A DNA stretch of 64,000 nucleotides from Alphaproteobacteria bacterium (lineage in GTDB: Bacteria > Pseudomonadota > Alphaproteobacteria > Bin95), in assembly GCA_965205265.1 (NCBI GenBank), contig CBDBGH010000001.1, positions 1 through 64,000 of the forward strand. The letters are read 5' to 3'. This document shows positions 52,816 through 63,203 of this stretch, piece after piece (position 1 is the first letter of the stretch; the number at the start of each line of letters is the position of its first letter). The notes beneath the pieces were generated by a model. It searched no databases. It saw only the letters and a list, made by a program, of their open reading frames with translations, and had not been told where the DNA came from. Both the position numbers and the translations under genes were made by a program.

Positions 52816-53167
52816 CTCGCTTGCAGTTGTTCCAAAACGTGTCGGACATCTAAGCAAAGGACATCAGCAAATGCCAGTCCGTTCACCGAGCTTCATACCA
52901 CCATTTCGACCGCCGATAGTTTCCGCAGAAATTCAAATGGAATTCGCCGGTGAACCTGCAATAAGCTGAGTGTTGTGGCGGCGACAGTGTTGCACTTCGT
53001 GCGTGCGATCGGATTGACGCTACGATGATCGATGTAGGTACAACAGCCAGGGCGATTCGCTTAGAGCCTTGCGAGATTGAGCGCACCAAGATGGCAAAGG
53101 ACGACAACTCGGATTCACGAGTGACCAAGAACGCCGCCCGCAGAACTGCGCACGGTGGAATTGCGAT

Positions 53168-54628
53168 ATGAGGATCTTCGCTGCATCCTTGGCGACGGAG
53201 ACCAATACATTTTCGCCCATTCGCATCGACAGATCTGCCTTCGAGGATGCGTTTTATGCTCCGCCCGGCCAGCACCCGTCCACGCCAACACTCTGCTCGG
53301 CACCGATCATCGCCGCGCGCGAGCGGGCGAGGAGAGAAAGTCTGGAACTAATCGAGGGGTCGGCGGCATGGGCCGAGCCCGCCGGGCTGCTTTCGCGTGC
53401 GGGTTATGAAAGCCTGCGAGACGAGATTCTGGGTCAGCTTACGGAAGCCCGTCCGCTCGATGTGGTGCTACTCGGTCTGCACGGTGCCATGGTGGCGGAG
53501 GGTTATGATGATTGCGAGGGTGATCTGCTAACCCGTGCACGCAGGATCGTGGGTCCGGATGTGACAATCGGCATCGAACTCGATCCCCATTGTCATCTTT
53601 CGGCGGCGATGATTGCTGCGGCCGACATCATGGTCACCTTCAAGGAAGTGCCGCATGTTGATTTCCTTGTCCGGGCCAGGGATCTTGTGGACCTCTGTAT
53701 TCGCCGGGCGCGCCGCGAAATCGCCCCGGTCACGACTGTCCTGGATTGTCGGGCCATAGCCAATTTCATCACAAGTCGCGAGCCTGGTCGGTCGCTGATC
53801 GACGACATCGTTGCGCTCGAGAGGCGGGACGACGTGCTGAGCATTTCGGTCGTGCATGGTTTTCCGGCTGCGGACGTTTACGATGTCGGTACCAAGGTCG
53901 TGGTTATCACCGACGCGGATCCGCATAGGGGCCGGAAAATCGCGTCCGATGTCGCAGAGCGCATTCTGGGTTTTGGTGAAAATCGCCTGCCGCCGATGCC
54001 GGCGCCCAAAGAAGCCCTTATCCTAGCCACGCGGCTACCCGGGCAGCCGATCGTTCTTGCGGATCGTTGGGATAATCCCGGCGGCGGCGTGGGCGGGGAT
54101 AGCACCTTCCTGCTGCGAACTTGCATCGCACGACCTGCTATCGAGGCGGCGCTGGGAGCTCTGTGGGATCCACTTGCGGTTTCCCTGTGCGCTTCGGCGG
54201 GGGTCGGCGCTTCGTTCGACCTGCGCATAGGTGGCAAGAGTGGTCCGGGTGCCGGGGAGCCGGTGGATGTCCGCGTGACGGTGACCGGATTATGCAGCAA
54301 TCTCGACGTGCCCTTTGCGACGAGCCGCGTCTCACTGGGTGCCGCAGCCGCCATACAGACAGGCAACTTGGACATTGTCCTTGCTGCCAAGCGGGTCCAG
54401 ACCTTCCACCCTGGGATATTTGAGCGGATGGGCATCAGGCTTGCGGCTAAAAAAGTGGTGGTGGTTAAGTCGGCGAGTCACTTCCACACCGCGTTCTCAA
54501 CGATCGCGGCAGACATCATCTATGTGAACTGCGGTGGCCCTTATCCGCCGGATCCGACGCTTATTCCCTACACGAAAATCCGCCGTCCCATTGCACCACT
54601 AGAAGCGGCAATGCCAGTCTGGATGTGA
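53168..54628 (+). CDS. M81 (MlrC-like) metallopeptidase
   Basis: ETNTFSP, LHGAM...DDCEGD, LDPHCH, PHVD, DNPGGG, VKS..HF. Confidence 0.9.
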   Translation: MRIFAASLATETNTFSPIRIDRSAFEDAFYAPPGQHPSTPTLCSAPIIAARERARRESLELIEGSAAWAEPAGLLSRAGYESLRDEILGQLTEARPLDVVLLGLHGAMVAEGYDDCEGDLLTRARRIVGPDVTIGIELDPHCHLSAAMIAAADIMVTFKEVPHVDFLVRARDLVDLCIRRARREIAPVTTVLDCRAIANFITSREPGRSLIDDIVALERRDDVLSISVVHGFPAADVYDVGTKVVVITDADPHRGRKIASDVAERILGFGENRLPPMPAPKEALILATRLPGQPIVLADRWDNPGGGVGGDSTFLLRTCIARPAIEAALGALWDPLAVSLCASAGVGASFDLRIGGKSGPGAGEPVDVRVTVTGLCSNLDVPFATSRVSLGAAAAIQTGNLDIVLAAKRVQTFHPGIFERMGIRLAAKKVVVVKSASHFHTAFSTIAADIIYVNCGGPYPPDPTLIPYTKIRRPIAPLEAAMPVWM

Positions 54629-54967
54629 CATCGCCGCCCACAAGCTGCTGTCTTCACAAGATCGGTGACGGCTACTCAGATGCAATTTCCGGACGGTATT
54701 GCGAGACTGTACCGGGTTAAGACAGGGCTCTTGCTGCGAGTTACCGGATGGCCGTCTATCTCGCAGCACTGTAGCGGCGGTTTTCACTGTGTTCTCCAGC
54801 GAACACGTCTCTGAGACCACTGCCAGCATTTCCCAGGTTGTTCCGTTCTGGGCTCACAGCGGACCTCAGAGGCGGCTCAGCGAATGCTAAATCTCAAACT
54901 GATTCAAACGGCCGCCTTAGCCAGTACGCTGGTGTTGCTTCGCACTCGCAGCGAAAGACCACTTCCC

Positions 54968-55120
54968 GCTCATTCTGTTGAAAAACAACGTGTTGCGAGC
55001 TAAGAAAGTGAGATCTGAGTAAGTGCGCGAGTGACTATTGAACAGGGCTTTCGCGTTTGCTGCGGTGCGGGAAAGATCTTCGCCAGCTTGCGGAGGTTCT
55101 GGGCGGTGGCAGCGAGGAGG
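54968..55120 (-). pseudogene. IS1182-family end and transposase C-terminal remnant
   Basis: LLAATAQNLRKLAKIF on the minus strand, followed by an ATTCTGTTGAAAAA terminal motif. Confidence 0.6.
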
Positions 55121-55195
55121 GATGCGTCGTTTGCGCCGCTTGGCCCACGTAATCGGAGCCATCCGGGGCCTAGGATGCGCTTGATGTGCGCGAAG

Positions 55196-55290
55196 GTAAG
55201 CGGTTAAAGTACGGCGTTCGGTCGGGTCCCACCCGTCCTTTTTTGGTTTGACAGTATAGGGCATCGCCCGCCAGTGGCTGGCCATCGGGA
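55196..55290. repeat. Diverged copy of the 3988-4082 element
   Basis: Gap-free alignment: GTAAGCG.TT.AAGTACGGCGT ... GACAGTATAGGGCAT ... TGGCCATCGGGA. Confidence 0.75.
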
Positions 55291-55783
55291 TCGGGGACGG
55301 ATGGCCCATCCGGCTTCGCCGGGCGGGCTGTCCGGGCTGCAGGCGGCCACGGTCGCGACCTAGGAGGGGCGGACCGCCGAGCTGGCGGCCGTGGTCGCGC
55401 CCCTGGCGGTCCAGATCGCCCGGCGCGCGCCCTGTACGGCTCGCGCCCGGAAAGGCGCGGGAAGGCGTCCGACGCCCCCTCCGGCGAAGACGGCAGGACG
55501 GCGACGGCTGCCGCCGCGGCGGCAGGCCTGGACGCAGGAAGGAGCGCGGCGATTCGGTCGGCGACGCCGGACTGCGCTTCGACGGCAAGGTCCCGGTAGT
55601 CGACGGGCTGTCGGAGGACGGTTATGAGGTGGTCCCGGAGCGCGTCCACACTAGCTCGCCGCCCCGGAGTTCCGGCACGTGGTCATCCGCTACCGGCACC
55701 TCGCCGTGTAGGTCAGTGGGACCGAACGGCCGCCGCGCCTACGAGACCGACGCGGAGGCCCGCGGCGGCGCGGTCTCACACCA

Positions 55784-57147
55784 GACCTCCCGGTGCAGCC
55801 GCCTGAACGCGGCCCCGTCGAGCTTCCCGCGCGCCTCGCAGGCCGTGGATGCCGCCGGGGGCCCGTCCTGCGGCAGGTCGACGCCCGCCGCCGCGCACTC
55901 CTCCCATAGCCCGCACAGCGTGGTGCGGTAGCCCTGGCCGCCAGGCGTGACGGTGAGGCGGAACACGAACGGCATGACGGGCAGGCTGCCGACACCCGCC
56001 TCCGCCATCGGGCGTCCCCGCGCTCCGCGACAGCCGTGGCGGCCGCGACGGGCTCCTCCCGGTGGCGGCCGAACCGGCGGTCCGAGGCGGCGGAGCGCCC
56101 CCTCTCCGCCCGCGTCGGCGATCCGTCATCCTCCCCGCGCAGGATCCCGCGGGCATTCCCGCGCAGCGGCATCAGGTGGACGCCCTTCACGGTCCTGCCT
56201 CCGGTCCCGCCGGTCTCCCCGATGTGCCTCCAGCCCGCGCCCCGATGGCACGAGGCCCTGAACCGGGTCCCGTCCACGAATGTCCCGCACATCACCGGAC
56301 GCCAGCCGTGGAGGCGCTCCCAGTCGTCCGCGAGCTGCCGCACCGCCAGGGCCAGCGCCGGGGACGCCAGGAACTTCGAGCGCACCCAGGGGAACACGGG
56401 GTAGCGCGGGTTCACCACCATCAGGTGGCGGTTGCGGTCCCGGCACGGAAGCGTCCTCCTCACCGCCTCGAAGAGCAGGCACCCCAGCCTGCGGCCGTCC
56501 CGGTCGGTGAGGAGGTAGCGGACGTGCGCCCCGAAGGGGCGCCTGTAACCCAGATGGTGGTGGCGGTCGACGGGCGCGTTCCAGAGCCGCCTGCCCTCCG
56601 TGTCCGTCACGGGCTCCAGGCCCAGCGGCCGGAGATCGCGGAGCCGCGCCGCGACCTCCGGCTGCGGGTCGGAGGCGGAGGTCCAGGCCGGCCTGCCGGC
56701 GGCCCTCATGTCGCGGACGCTCCCCTCCCGCCTCGCCGGCAGCCTGGGGATGCCGTGGCTCTCCAGGGTCCCGGCATGCCGAGGCAGGCCCCGACCCTGC
56801 AGGCACCCTTCGCCGTCGTCCAGCCAAGGTGCCCGCGGATGGTCCTCCCCAGCCCGTTGCGGCTGTCGTTGGGCAGCAGCGCCACGGTCTCCTGGATGTC
56901 GGCGGTCCGCCGCCGGGTCAGGCGGCGGCCGGAGAAGGTGGTCGATCTCAGGTCGGTGATTCGCCGGTCCATGGCCGGTTCCCGTATCTGCCCGACACCA
57001 GCATACGAACCAGCGTCCGCCTGTCAGTGGGTCTGGCGAAAAAAATCTGGAACACCGAAAACCACGCCATGTCAACGGCTTGCGACCGGCAGGGAAAACC
57101 GCTCAGGAACGTAAGGGCTATCCGAATGCCATTGGCTGGGTGGCCGG
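55784..57147 (-). repeat. Partial duplicate of the DUF4338-IS4 element (about 37190-38527)
   Basis: Near-identical ORFs. This copy retains 27 bp that are deleted in the first copy, between GTGGCGGCCG repeats. Confidence 0.9.
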
Positions 57148-57195
57148 GTCACCTCCGTCCCGGACGGCCTGCCGATCAAGGCGCGGTACTGGGGG

Positions 57196-57518
57196 TGCAG
57201 ACGCTGGCCCTGCCGGAGTCCGTGGCGCGGCGCAAGGCGCTGTCGATCGGGCATGTCGGCCGCGAGATCGCGCGCGACGGAAGGCTGCTGGCGGGGGGAT
57301 GGAACAGGCCGAGGCCGGACGGGGAGCCCGCGATGGAGCCGGGGAAGTACCTGCAGTTCATCTCGAACACATCCGACTTTATAGAAACTGCGGCGCGGCA
57401 GGTGGCGAAGGCCGGAAAGGGCGGCGAATGGTGGGGCGCGGACCATGCCGCCGCCCGTTTCGTGGCCAGCACCGCCGACGCGGCGGAGCACCTGGCCAAG
57501 GCCATGCTCGGGCTATGA
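57196..57518 (+). pseudogene. MNT-HEPN paralog fragment
   Basis: VQTLALPESVARRKALSIGHVG...AAEHLAKAMLG matches 58682-59719. Confidence 0.8.
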
Positions 57519-57695
57519 GGGGACGCGCGCCGCCTCGCCGTGCGACCCGGCAAGCCCGCGCCGGTGCGGCGGGATCCATATCTCGTATTCCAGCAACCGG
57601 CTGGAGACCAGGGTCTCGTCCCACAGCGAGACCGGCGGCTGTCGGTCCTCGGCGAGGAGATGCGCAAGCGCAATCGACGTGTCGAGATAGATCAC
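57513..57695 (-). pseudogene. VapC/PIN toxin, truncated
   Basis: GTG start, IYLDTSIALAHLLAE...SSRLLEYE. Confidence 0.8.
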
Positions 57696-57985
57696 CGGTC
57701 GCGCCGACTCCCGTCCAGCTCCGCCAGCGCCTCGTCCAGCGCGGCGACCGGCGGCGGCTTCGGCGGCGGACCCGAGCCGGACAGCGCGGGCGCCGCGAGA
57801 ACGCCGGAGCGCACTGCGTCGGCCAGGAAGGCGTCGGCGAGGACCGGGCTCCGGGCCTCCCTGAGCGGTCCGAGTTCCGCCACCACCCTGTCCCGATCCG
57901 TCACCAGGACCGTCTCGCCGGATGCGGCGAGACGCACACACTCGCTCAACCGGCTGCTCAGCGCCTTGATCCCGATCGACCTCAT
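57692..57985 (-). CDS. Phd/YefM-family antitoxin
   Basis: MRSIGIKALSSRLSECVRLAASGETVLVTDRDRVVAEL. Upstream palindrome GGTAGCGA-CCGA-TCGCTACC at about 57993-58012. Confidence 0.85.
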   Translation of the reverse strand: MRSIGIKALSSRLSECVRLAASGETVLVTDRDRVVAELGPLREARSPVLADAFLADAVRSGVLAAPALSGSGPPPKPPPVAALDEALAELDGSRRDR

Positions 57986-58681
57986 GCACTCAAGGTAGCG
58001 ACCGATCGCTACCCCGTCAACAGCGCTTTCCCGCCGGGCGAAGCTGAAGATGATTCTTGCATATCCGGGGACTGCCGGGTAACAGGAGGGCGGTCCCCCT
58101 CGCCCTTCGACTGATCCGGAGAGCCATCGGGCGGCCGGAAGTCCACCGGACATCCCACCCCTTTGGAATCTCCGGAGGCCACCCCGGCGGCCGGACCGAT
58201 TTCGGTCCCGGGGCGGCTGGTCGGTATCTCCAGAGCGCTGAACCTGTCCGTGCATCGGGTGTAGCCCGGAATTCCGTCATGCCGCCGTGGCATGATCCGC
58301 CCGGCACACCCTCCGGGACCTTTCAATGTAACACTGTTGACTCGATGCCAGCGTAGCCGTGCGTGGCCAGATCATGTCCGAGGGAGCGGATATCCGTTCC
58401 GGAGACTCCGTGATTCCAGTGTGGACTGCCGTTCCAGCGGCATGGATCCGGTGACCTGCGCGGTCACGGACGTGAATTCCCGATCGGTTCGGCCCAGCCC
58501 GGCCGGTTCCTGTGGATTGGGCCGCCCATGAAACAAAAGGGACATCGAGTTAACAGTGTCCAGTTGAAAGTCCCGGGACTACGGACCGGAAAGGGGAACA
58601 GAGTCGGAAATCCTGCCCCGCGCGCCCTGTGCAAGACAGCGCTTTCCTTCCTTCGGTTCCCGGTGCTACCATCCCGACACC

Positions 58682-59719
58682 ATGGCCAGCCCTGACAGAC
58701 AGCCGCCCGCCGCCGGGGCGGCGACCCTCGCCGGAATCCGCCGGGCGGCGGAGGAGACCCTCGCCGTCTGGCCCGAGGCCAAGGCGGCGGCGCTGTTCGG
58801 TTCCCGGGCGCGGGGCGACCACCTGCCGTCCAGCGACTGGGACGTCGCCTTCATCACCCGGACCGGCGACCGGGTGACCGCCATCCCGGACGGCTTTCCG
58901 ATCGAGACGCTGTTCTGGGACGTCCAGGCGCTGGCCCTGCCGGAGTCCGTGGCGCGGCGCAAGGCGCTGTCCATCGGGCACGTCGGGCGCGGGGTCGCGC
59001 GCGACGGAAAGCTGCTGGCGGGGGGATGGAACGGGCCGAGGCCGGACGGGGAGCCGGCGATGGAGCCGGAGAGGTACAGGAAATTCATCTTCATCGCGTC
59101 CGACCATATCGAGCATGCGGCGATGAAGGTGACGGAACCCGGAATGGGCGGCGACTGGTGGCTTGCGTTTGATGTCGCCGACCTTTTCGTGGCCCGCACC
59201 GCCGGCGCGGCGGAGCACCTGGCCAAGGCCATGCTCGGGCGGCGCGGGATCGACCCGCATCCGACGCATGGTGTCGACCAGCTCGCCGACCAGACGGCGC
59301 GGGAGGGGCATTCCGCTCTGGCGGAGGACATCCGCGGGATGGACGGCTTCACCAAGGAGGACCATGTGGCGGGCTACGAGGGGACAGCCTCCGCCCGCCT
59401 CCAAAACGCCATCCGTCGCCTGCCCACCGTCGTCCGGCGGCTCGCGCTGGAGCTTGCCTCGGCCGCCGAGGACCCGAAATTCGCCGATGTGGTCGCGCAG
59501 GTCGCCACGGTGGTGACCAGGAAGGCCGCCGCCCGGGACACCCTCCGGCTGGCCATCGTGCGGGACGCCTCGGATCCCTCCCCACCCCCGCAGCACCGGT
59601 GGTTGGCGCCGCTGGTCGTGGCGCGGGAGTCCTTCCTGCCAGAACTCCTGAAGCTCCAGGCCGACCTCCGGCCCCTTGTGGGTCAGGAACGGGACCGCGT
59701 CGCGTGGCGGTCCTCCTGA
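58682..59719 (+). CDS. Minimal nucleotidyltransferase + HEPN-like fusion
   Basis: LFGSRARGDHLPSSDWDVAF (MNT) and AAEHLAKAML...PHPTHGVDQL (HEPN-type AxE..LKA...P.TH). Confidence 0.82.
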   Translation: MASPDRQPPAAGAATLAGIRRAAEETLAVWPEAKAAALFGSRARGDHLPSSDWDVAFITRTGDRVTAIPDGFPIETLFWDVQALALPESVARRKALSIGHVGRGVARDGKLLAGGWNGPRPDGEPAMEPERYRKFIFIASDHIEHAAMKVTEPGMGGDWWLAFDVADLFVARTAGAAEHLAKAMLGRRGIDPHPTHGVDQLADQTAREGHSALAEDIRGMDGFTKEDHVAGYEGTASARLQNAIRRLPTVVRRLALELASAAEDPKFADVVAQVATVVTRKAAARDTLRLAIVRDASDPSPPPQHRWLAPLVVARESFLPELLKLQADLRPLVGQERDRVAWRSS

Positions 59720-59866
59720 CCGTTCGGCTGATCCGTGAGCCACCGGGCGGGCGGGTGTCCACCGGACATCACTTCCATGGTGAAACCCAGCCGACCCGCA
59801 GCCTCCGGTTTCGGGGCAGGGCGGTGCCGGATGGGTCGGCGCCTCGGCGGCCACCGGTCCGCCCAT

Positions 59867-60628
59867 TTAGCAGCAGCGCCCGGCGGCGCCAGTCCGGGGC
59901 GGCGGGCGAACGGGGATAGTCGAGCCACCGCCGCCGCGAGAACATCGGGGCGAGCATGGCCCCGATGCGGAGGGGATGGGGGCGATCATGGTACCGCAGT
60001 CCCATCCCTCGGGCTCCGTGTAGCTCCACATCACGGCATCGATCCTCATCGACGGTCCGTAAGCGATGGGGATGTCCCGGGGGAGACGGCCGCACCCGCC
60101 CGGACCGCAGACGCCGAGCAGGAGATCCCCGCCGGGCGCGGTGGCCTCCGCCATGCCGAGCAGGACGCGGTCGACGTCGGCGAGGGTGTCCTGATGGATG
60201 TAGCCATACCAGAATCCGGTCACCAGCTCCGCAGGCCCGATCCCGGCGAGGTCGCGGGCGTCCCGCTCGATGAAGCTGGCCGCGAACCCTCCGCGGGCGC
60301 GGGCCATCTCCAGCATCCGCGCCGAGCGGTCGACACCGGTGCGCCGCGTCGCCCCGCCTGCCCGCCGCAGGTGGAACCCGGTTCCGCAGGCCACATCGAG
60401 CCACCGGCGGCCGCCTGTCCGCGACCGCAGCAGCGTCTCCACGGTCCCGACCTCGAATTCAGTGTGGGGGCGGTTGACAGGTCCGGTGAGGTACCGGCTG
60501 TCGTAGAGGCGGACGAAGTCCGGGTCGTCATAGGGCCGCGGGGGCGGCGGCCATTCACTTCCGGCGGCGGTTGCCGTCCCGGATCCCGCCACCCGGTCAC
60601 GCCAGCTCGGCGCCGGGGGCCCGGACAC
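59867..60628 (-). CDS. Class I SAM-dependent methyltransferase (ends possibly frameshifted)
   Basis: WLDVACGTG, GVDRSARMLEMAR, APGG. Confidence 0.75.
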   Translation of the reverse strand: MSGPPAPSWRDRVAGSGTATAAGSEWPPPPRPYDDPDFVRLYDSRYLTGPVNRPHTEFEVGTVETLLRSRTGGRRWLDVACGTGFHLRRAGGATRRTGVDRSARMLEMARARGGFAASFIERDARDLAGIGPAELVTGFWYGYIHQDTLADVDRVLLGMAEATAPGGDLLLGVCGPGGCGRLPRDIPIAYGPSMRIDAVMWSYTEPEGWDCGTMIAPIPSASGPCSPRCSRGGGGSTIPVRPPPRTGAAGRCC

Positions 60629-61918
60629 GGCTTCGGGCCGGCGGTTCGCCGCCGGTCAGTTCAGGCAGAGGCGGCGCCAGCCCGCCCCTCTCCATCAGGT
60701 ACGACCTGAACGAGGGGATCGGGCAGGAATGGAGCTCGTTCGTGTTGAACTGCAGGACCCCCCGGTGCACGAGATGTTCCAGGAACCATTCCTCGTCCCG
60801 GCCCTTCGGCAGACTCCAGCCATCCCCTTCCGGATCATCCAGAGGCCGGGCGAGGCTCCTGATCTGTCTCACGATGGTTGAGTCCTCGCTGCCTTTCTCC
60901 GGCAGCTGCCGCATCAGCTCCGCCACGAGGAACCTGGCGTCGCGGATCTCTTTCGAGCGCCGCCGGCTGTAGGAAGCGGTGCGGAACTCCCGCTCCCGCT
61001 GCCGGACCCGCGCCGCGTCGACGTCCGCGAGCCTCCCCCGCATTCCAGCAGCCCCTTCGCGAGCGCCCGCATGCCGTTGTGCAGGTGCTGCGGCCAGCCG
61101 TCGGAAAGACCCGCGATGAGCGTCGGCCAGCTGACCCGCGCGTCCCCGGCGGGGACGCGGAACTCGTCCAGCATCCTCTCGACCGCGTAGGCCGCCTCCC
61201 CGTCCCCGAGGGCGCCGACCTCGTGGACCGCCTCGGATTCCAGCCGGGTCAGGCCCGCCGCCTGGAGCCTGTCATGCGAGTCGCCGAGGCCCGCGTAGAC
61301 CGGCACGACGGGAAGGCCGTGCCGGGCCGTGTGCAGGGCCAGGAGCATGGGCCCGGCCTCCGGCCCGACGGTCTGGATCTCGTCCACCATGAGACAGACC
61401 GGGCGCGGCCATGTCCGTCCCGGCAGCGTCCGCCCGAGGGTGTCGAGGCCCGCGTCCTCCGGATGGACGGACCCCCCGGTGCGCCCGTCGGCACCGGTCC
61501 CGCCCAACCCGACGGCGCCGCCGACGCTCCAGGACCGCTGGGTGCGCCAGTCGCCGCTGGCGCCGGGCGAGCCGGCCTCCGCGATGAGGGAGGCGACGCG
61601 GGCCTGATCACCGAGATCCACCGGCTCCAGATGGACGGTGACCGGCCCCTCCCCGCCCCCGGCCTCCCAGAGCTTCGCGAGTTCCGAAAGTATCGCCGTC
61701 TTGCCGGCCCCCGGCGCGCCCCGCAGCAGCTGCGTGGCGCCCTTGGGGCCCTGACCATCCCCGGCCCTCTTCCCGGCCCTAGCGCAGACATCGGAAATGT
61801 GCCCGATCACGCCCGCGCGGCCGACGAAGAACCTTGCGTCTTCCCGGTCTCCGGTCCTGACGAACTCCGCCAGACCTTCCAGGTCCGGTCCGCTCGAGCC
61901 CATGGAAAACGGTACCAT
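60597..61918 (-). pseudogene. AAA+ ATPase paralog of 24537-25934, frameshifted near 61040
   Basis: FFVGR, GAPGAGKTA, LMVDEIQ, WPQHLHN; then HLVHRG...CPIPSFRSYL in a second frame. Confidence 0.85.
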
Positions 61919-62030
61919 CTGTCTGCCCTCCCGAAGCGCCCGTGCCGGCCGGTCATCCATAGCGGAAAATCCGCCGGGGAGCAACCGCGGGGCGCCGCGG
62001 CGGCCGAACCTCAGATGACGGTCAGGGGCG

Positions 62031-62977
62031 GTGCCGTTCGGTTCCCGGGCGCGGGGCGACCACCTGCCGTCCAGCGACTGGGACGTCGCCTTCATCACCC
62101 GGACGGGCGACCGGGTGACCGCCATCCCGGACGGCTTTCCGATCGAGACGCTGTTCTGGGACGTGCAGGCGCTGGCCCTGCCGGAGTCCGTGGCGCGGCG
62201 CAAGGCGCTGTCCATCGGGCACGTCGGACGCGAGATCGCGCGCGACGGAAGGCTGCTGGCGGGGGGATGGAACAGGCCGAGGCCGGACGGGGAGCCCGCG
62301 ATGGAGCCGGGGAAGTACCTGCAGTTCATCTCGAACACATCTGCCTTTATACGGGATGCGGAGCCGGAGGTGGCGGCAGCCGGAATTGAAGACGACTGGT
62401 GGGATGCGACCTATGCCGCCTACCGTTTCGTGGCCCGCAGAGCCGCGGCGGCGGAGCACCTTGCCAAGGCCATGTTCGGGCGGCGCGGGATCGACCCGCA
62501 TCCGACGCCCGGCGTCGACCAGTTCGCCGACCGGGCGGCGCGGGAGGGGCACTTCGCCCTGGCGGAGGCTGTCCGCGAGATGGACGGCTTCACCAAGGAG
62601 GACCATGTGGCGGGCTACGAGGGGGCGAACGCCGACCGCCTCCGCCACGCAGCCGCGCGCCTGCCCACCGTCGTCCGGCGGCTAGCGCAGGAGCTCGCCT
62701 CGGCCGCCGGGGACCCAAAATTCGCCGAGGTGGCCCGCTGGCCGCCAGGGTCGTGGCCAATTCCGCCCGCGCCGCCGGGGACACCCTCCGGCTGGCCATC
62801 GTGCGGGACGGCGCGGATCCCACCCCGCCTCCGCCGCCGTACCAGTGGCTGGCCCCTTCGGTCAGGGCGCGGGAAACCTTCCTGTCGGAGCTCCTGAAGC
62901 TCCAGGCCGACCTCCGGACCCTTGTGGGTCAGGAACGGGACCGCGGCGCGTGGCGGTCGCCCTCGCCGTTCGGCTGA
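62031..62977 (+). pseudogene. MNT-HEPN paralog, 5'-truncated and frameshifted near 62735
   Basis: FGSRARGDHLPSSDWD...; C-terminus ...LRTLVGQERDRGAWRSPSPFG* in another frame. Confidence 0.82.
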
Positions 62978-63203
62978 TCCGGAGAACCACCAGCCACCTC
63001 CTCCTTTCGTTCCTGATTCTCTGAACATACGAGGCCAACGCGCCGGAAAACCCGTCAAGTCAGCCCATGTCGGCAATCCTGCGGGACTTTCGGGACCTCT
63101 GTCGGGATGGACCCGTCGCTGTCGGACACCGACCGGGCGGGCGGACCGTCAGGAAAGGTTGCGGATGTGTCCCGCCGTGGTGTAGGAGGAATGCCTGTCC
63201 GCT

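Noticed and set aside
53168-54628. Microcystin degradation cluster
   Set aside because: M81/MlrC homologues are widespread and there is no mlrA, mlrB or mlrD here.
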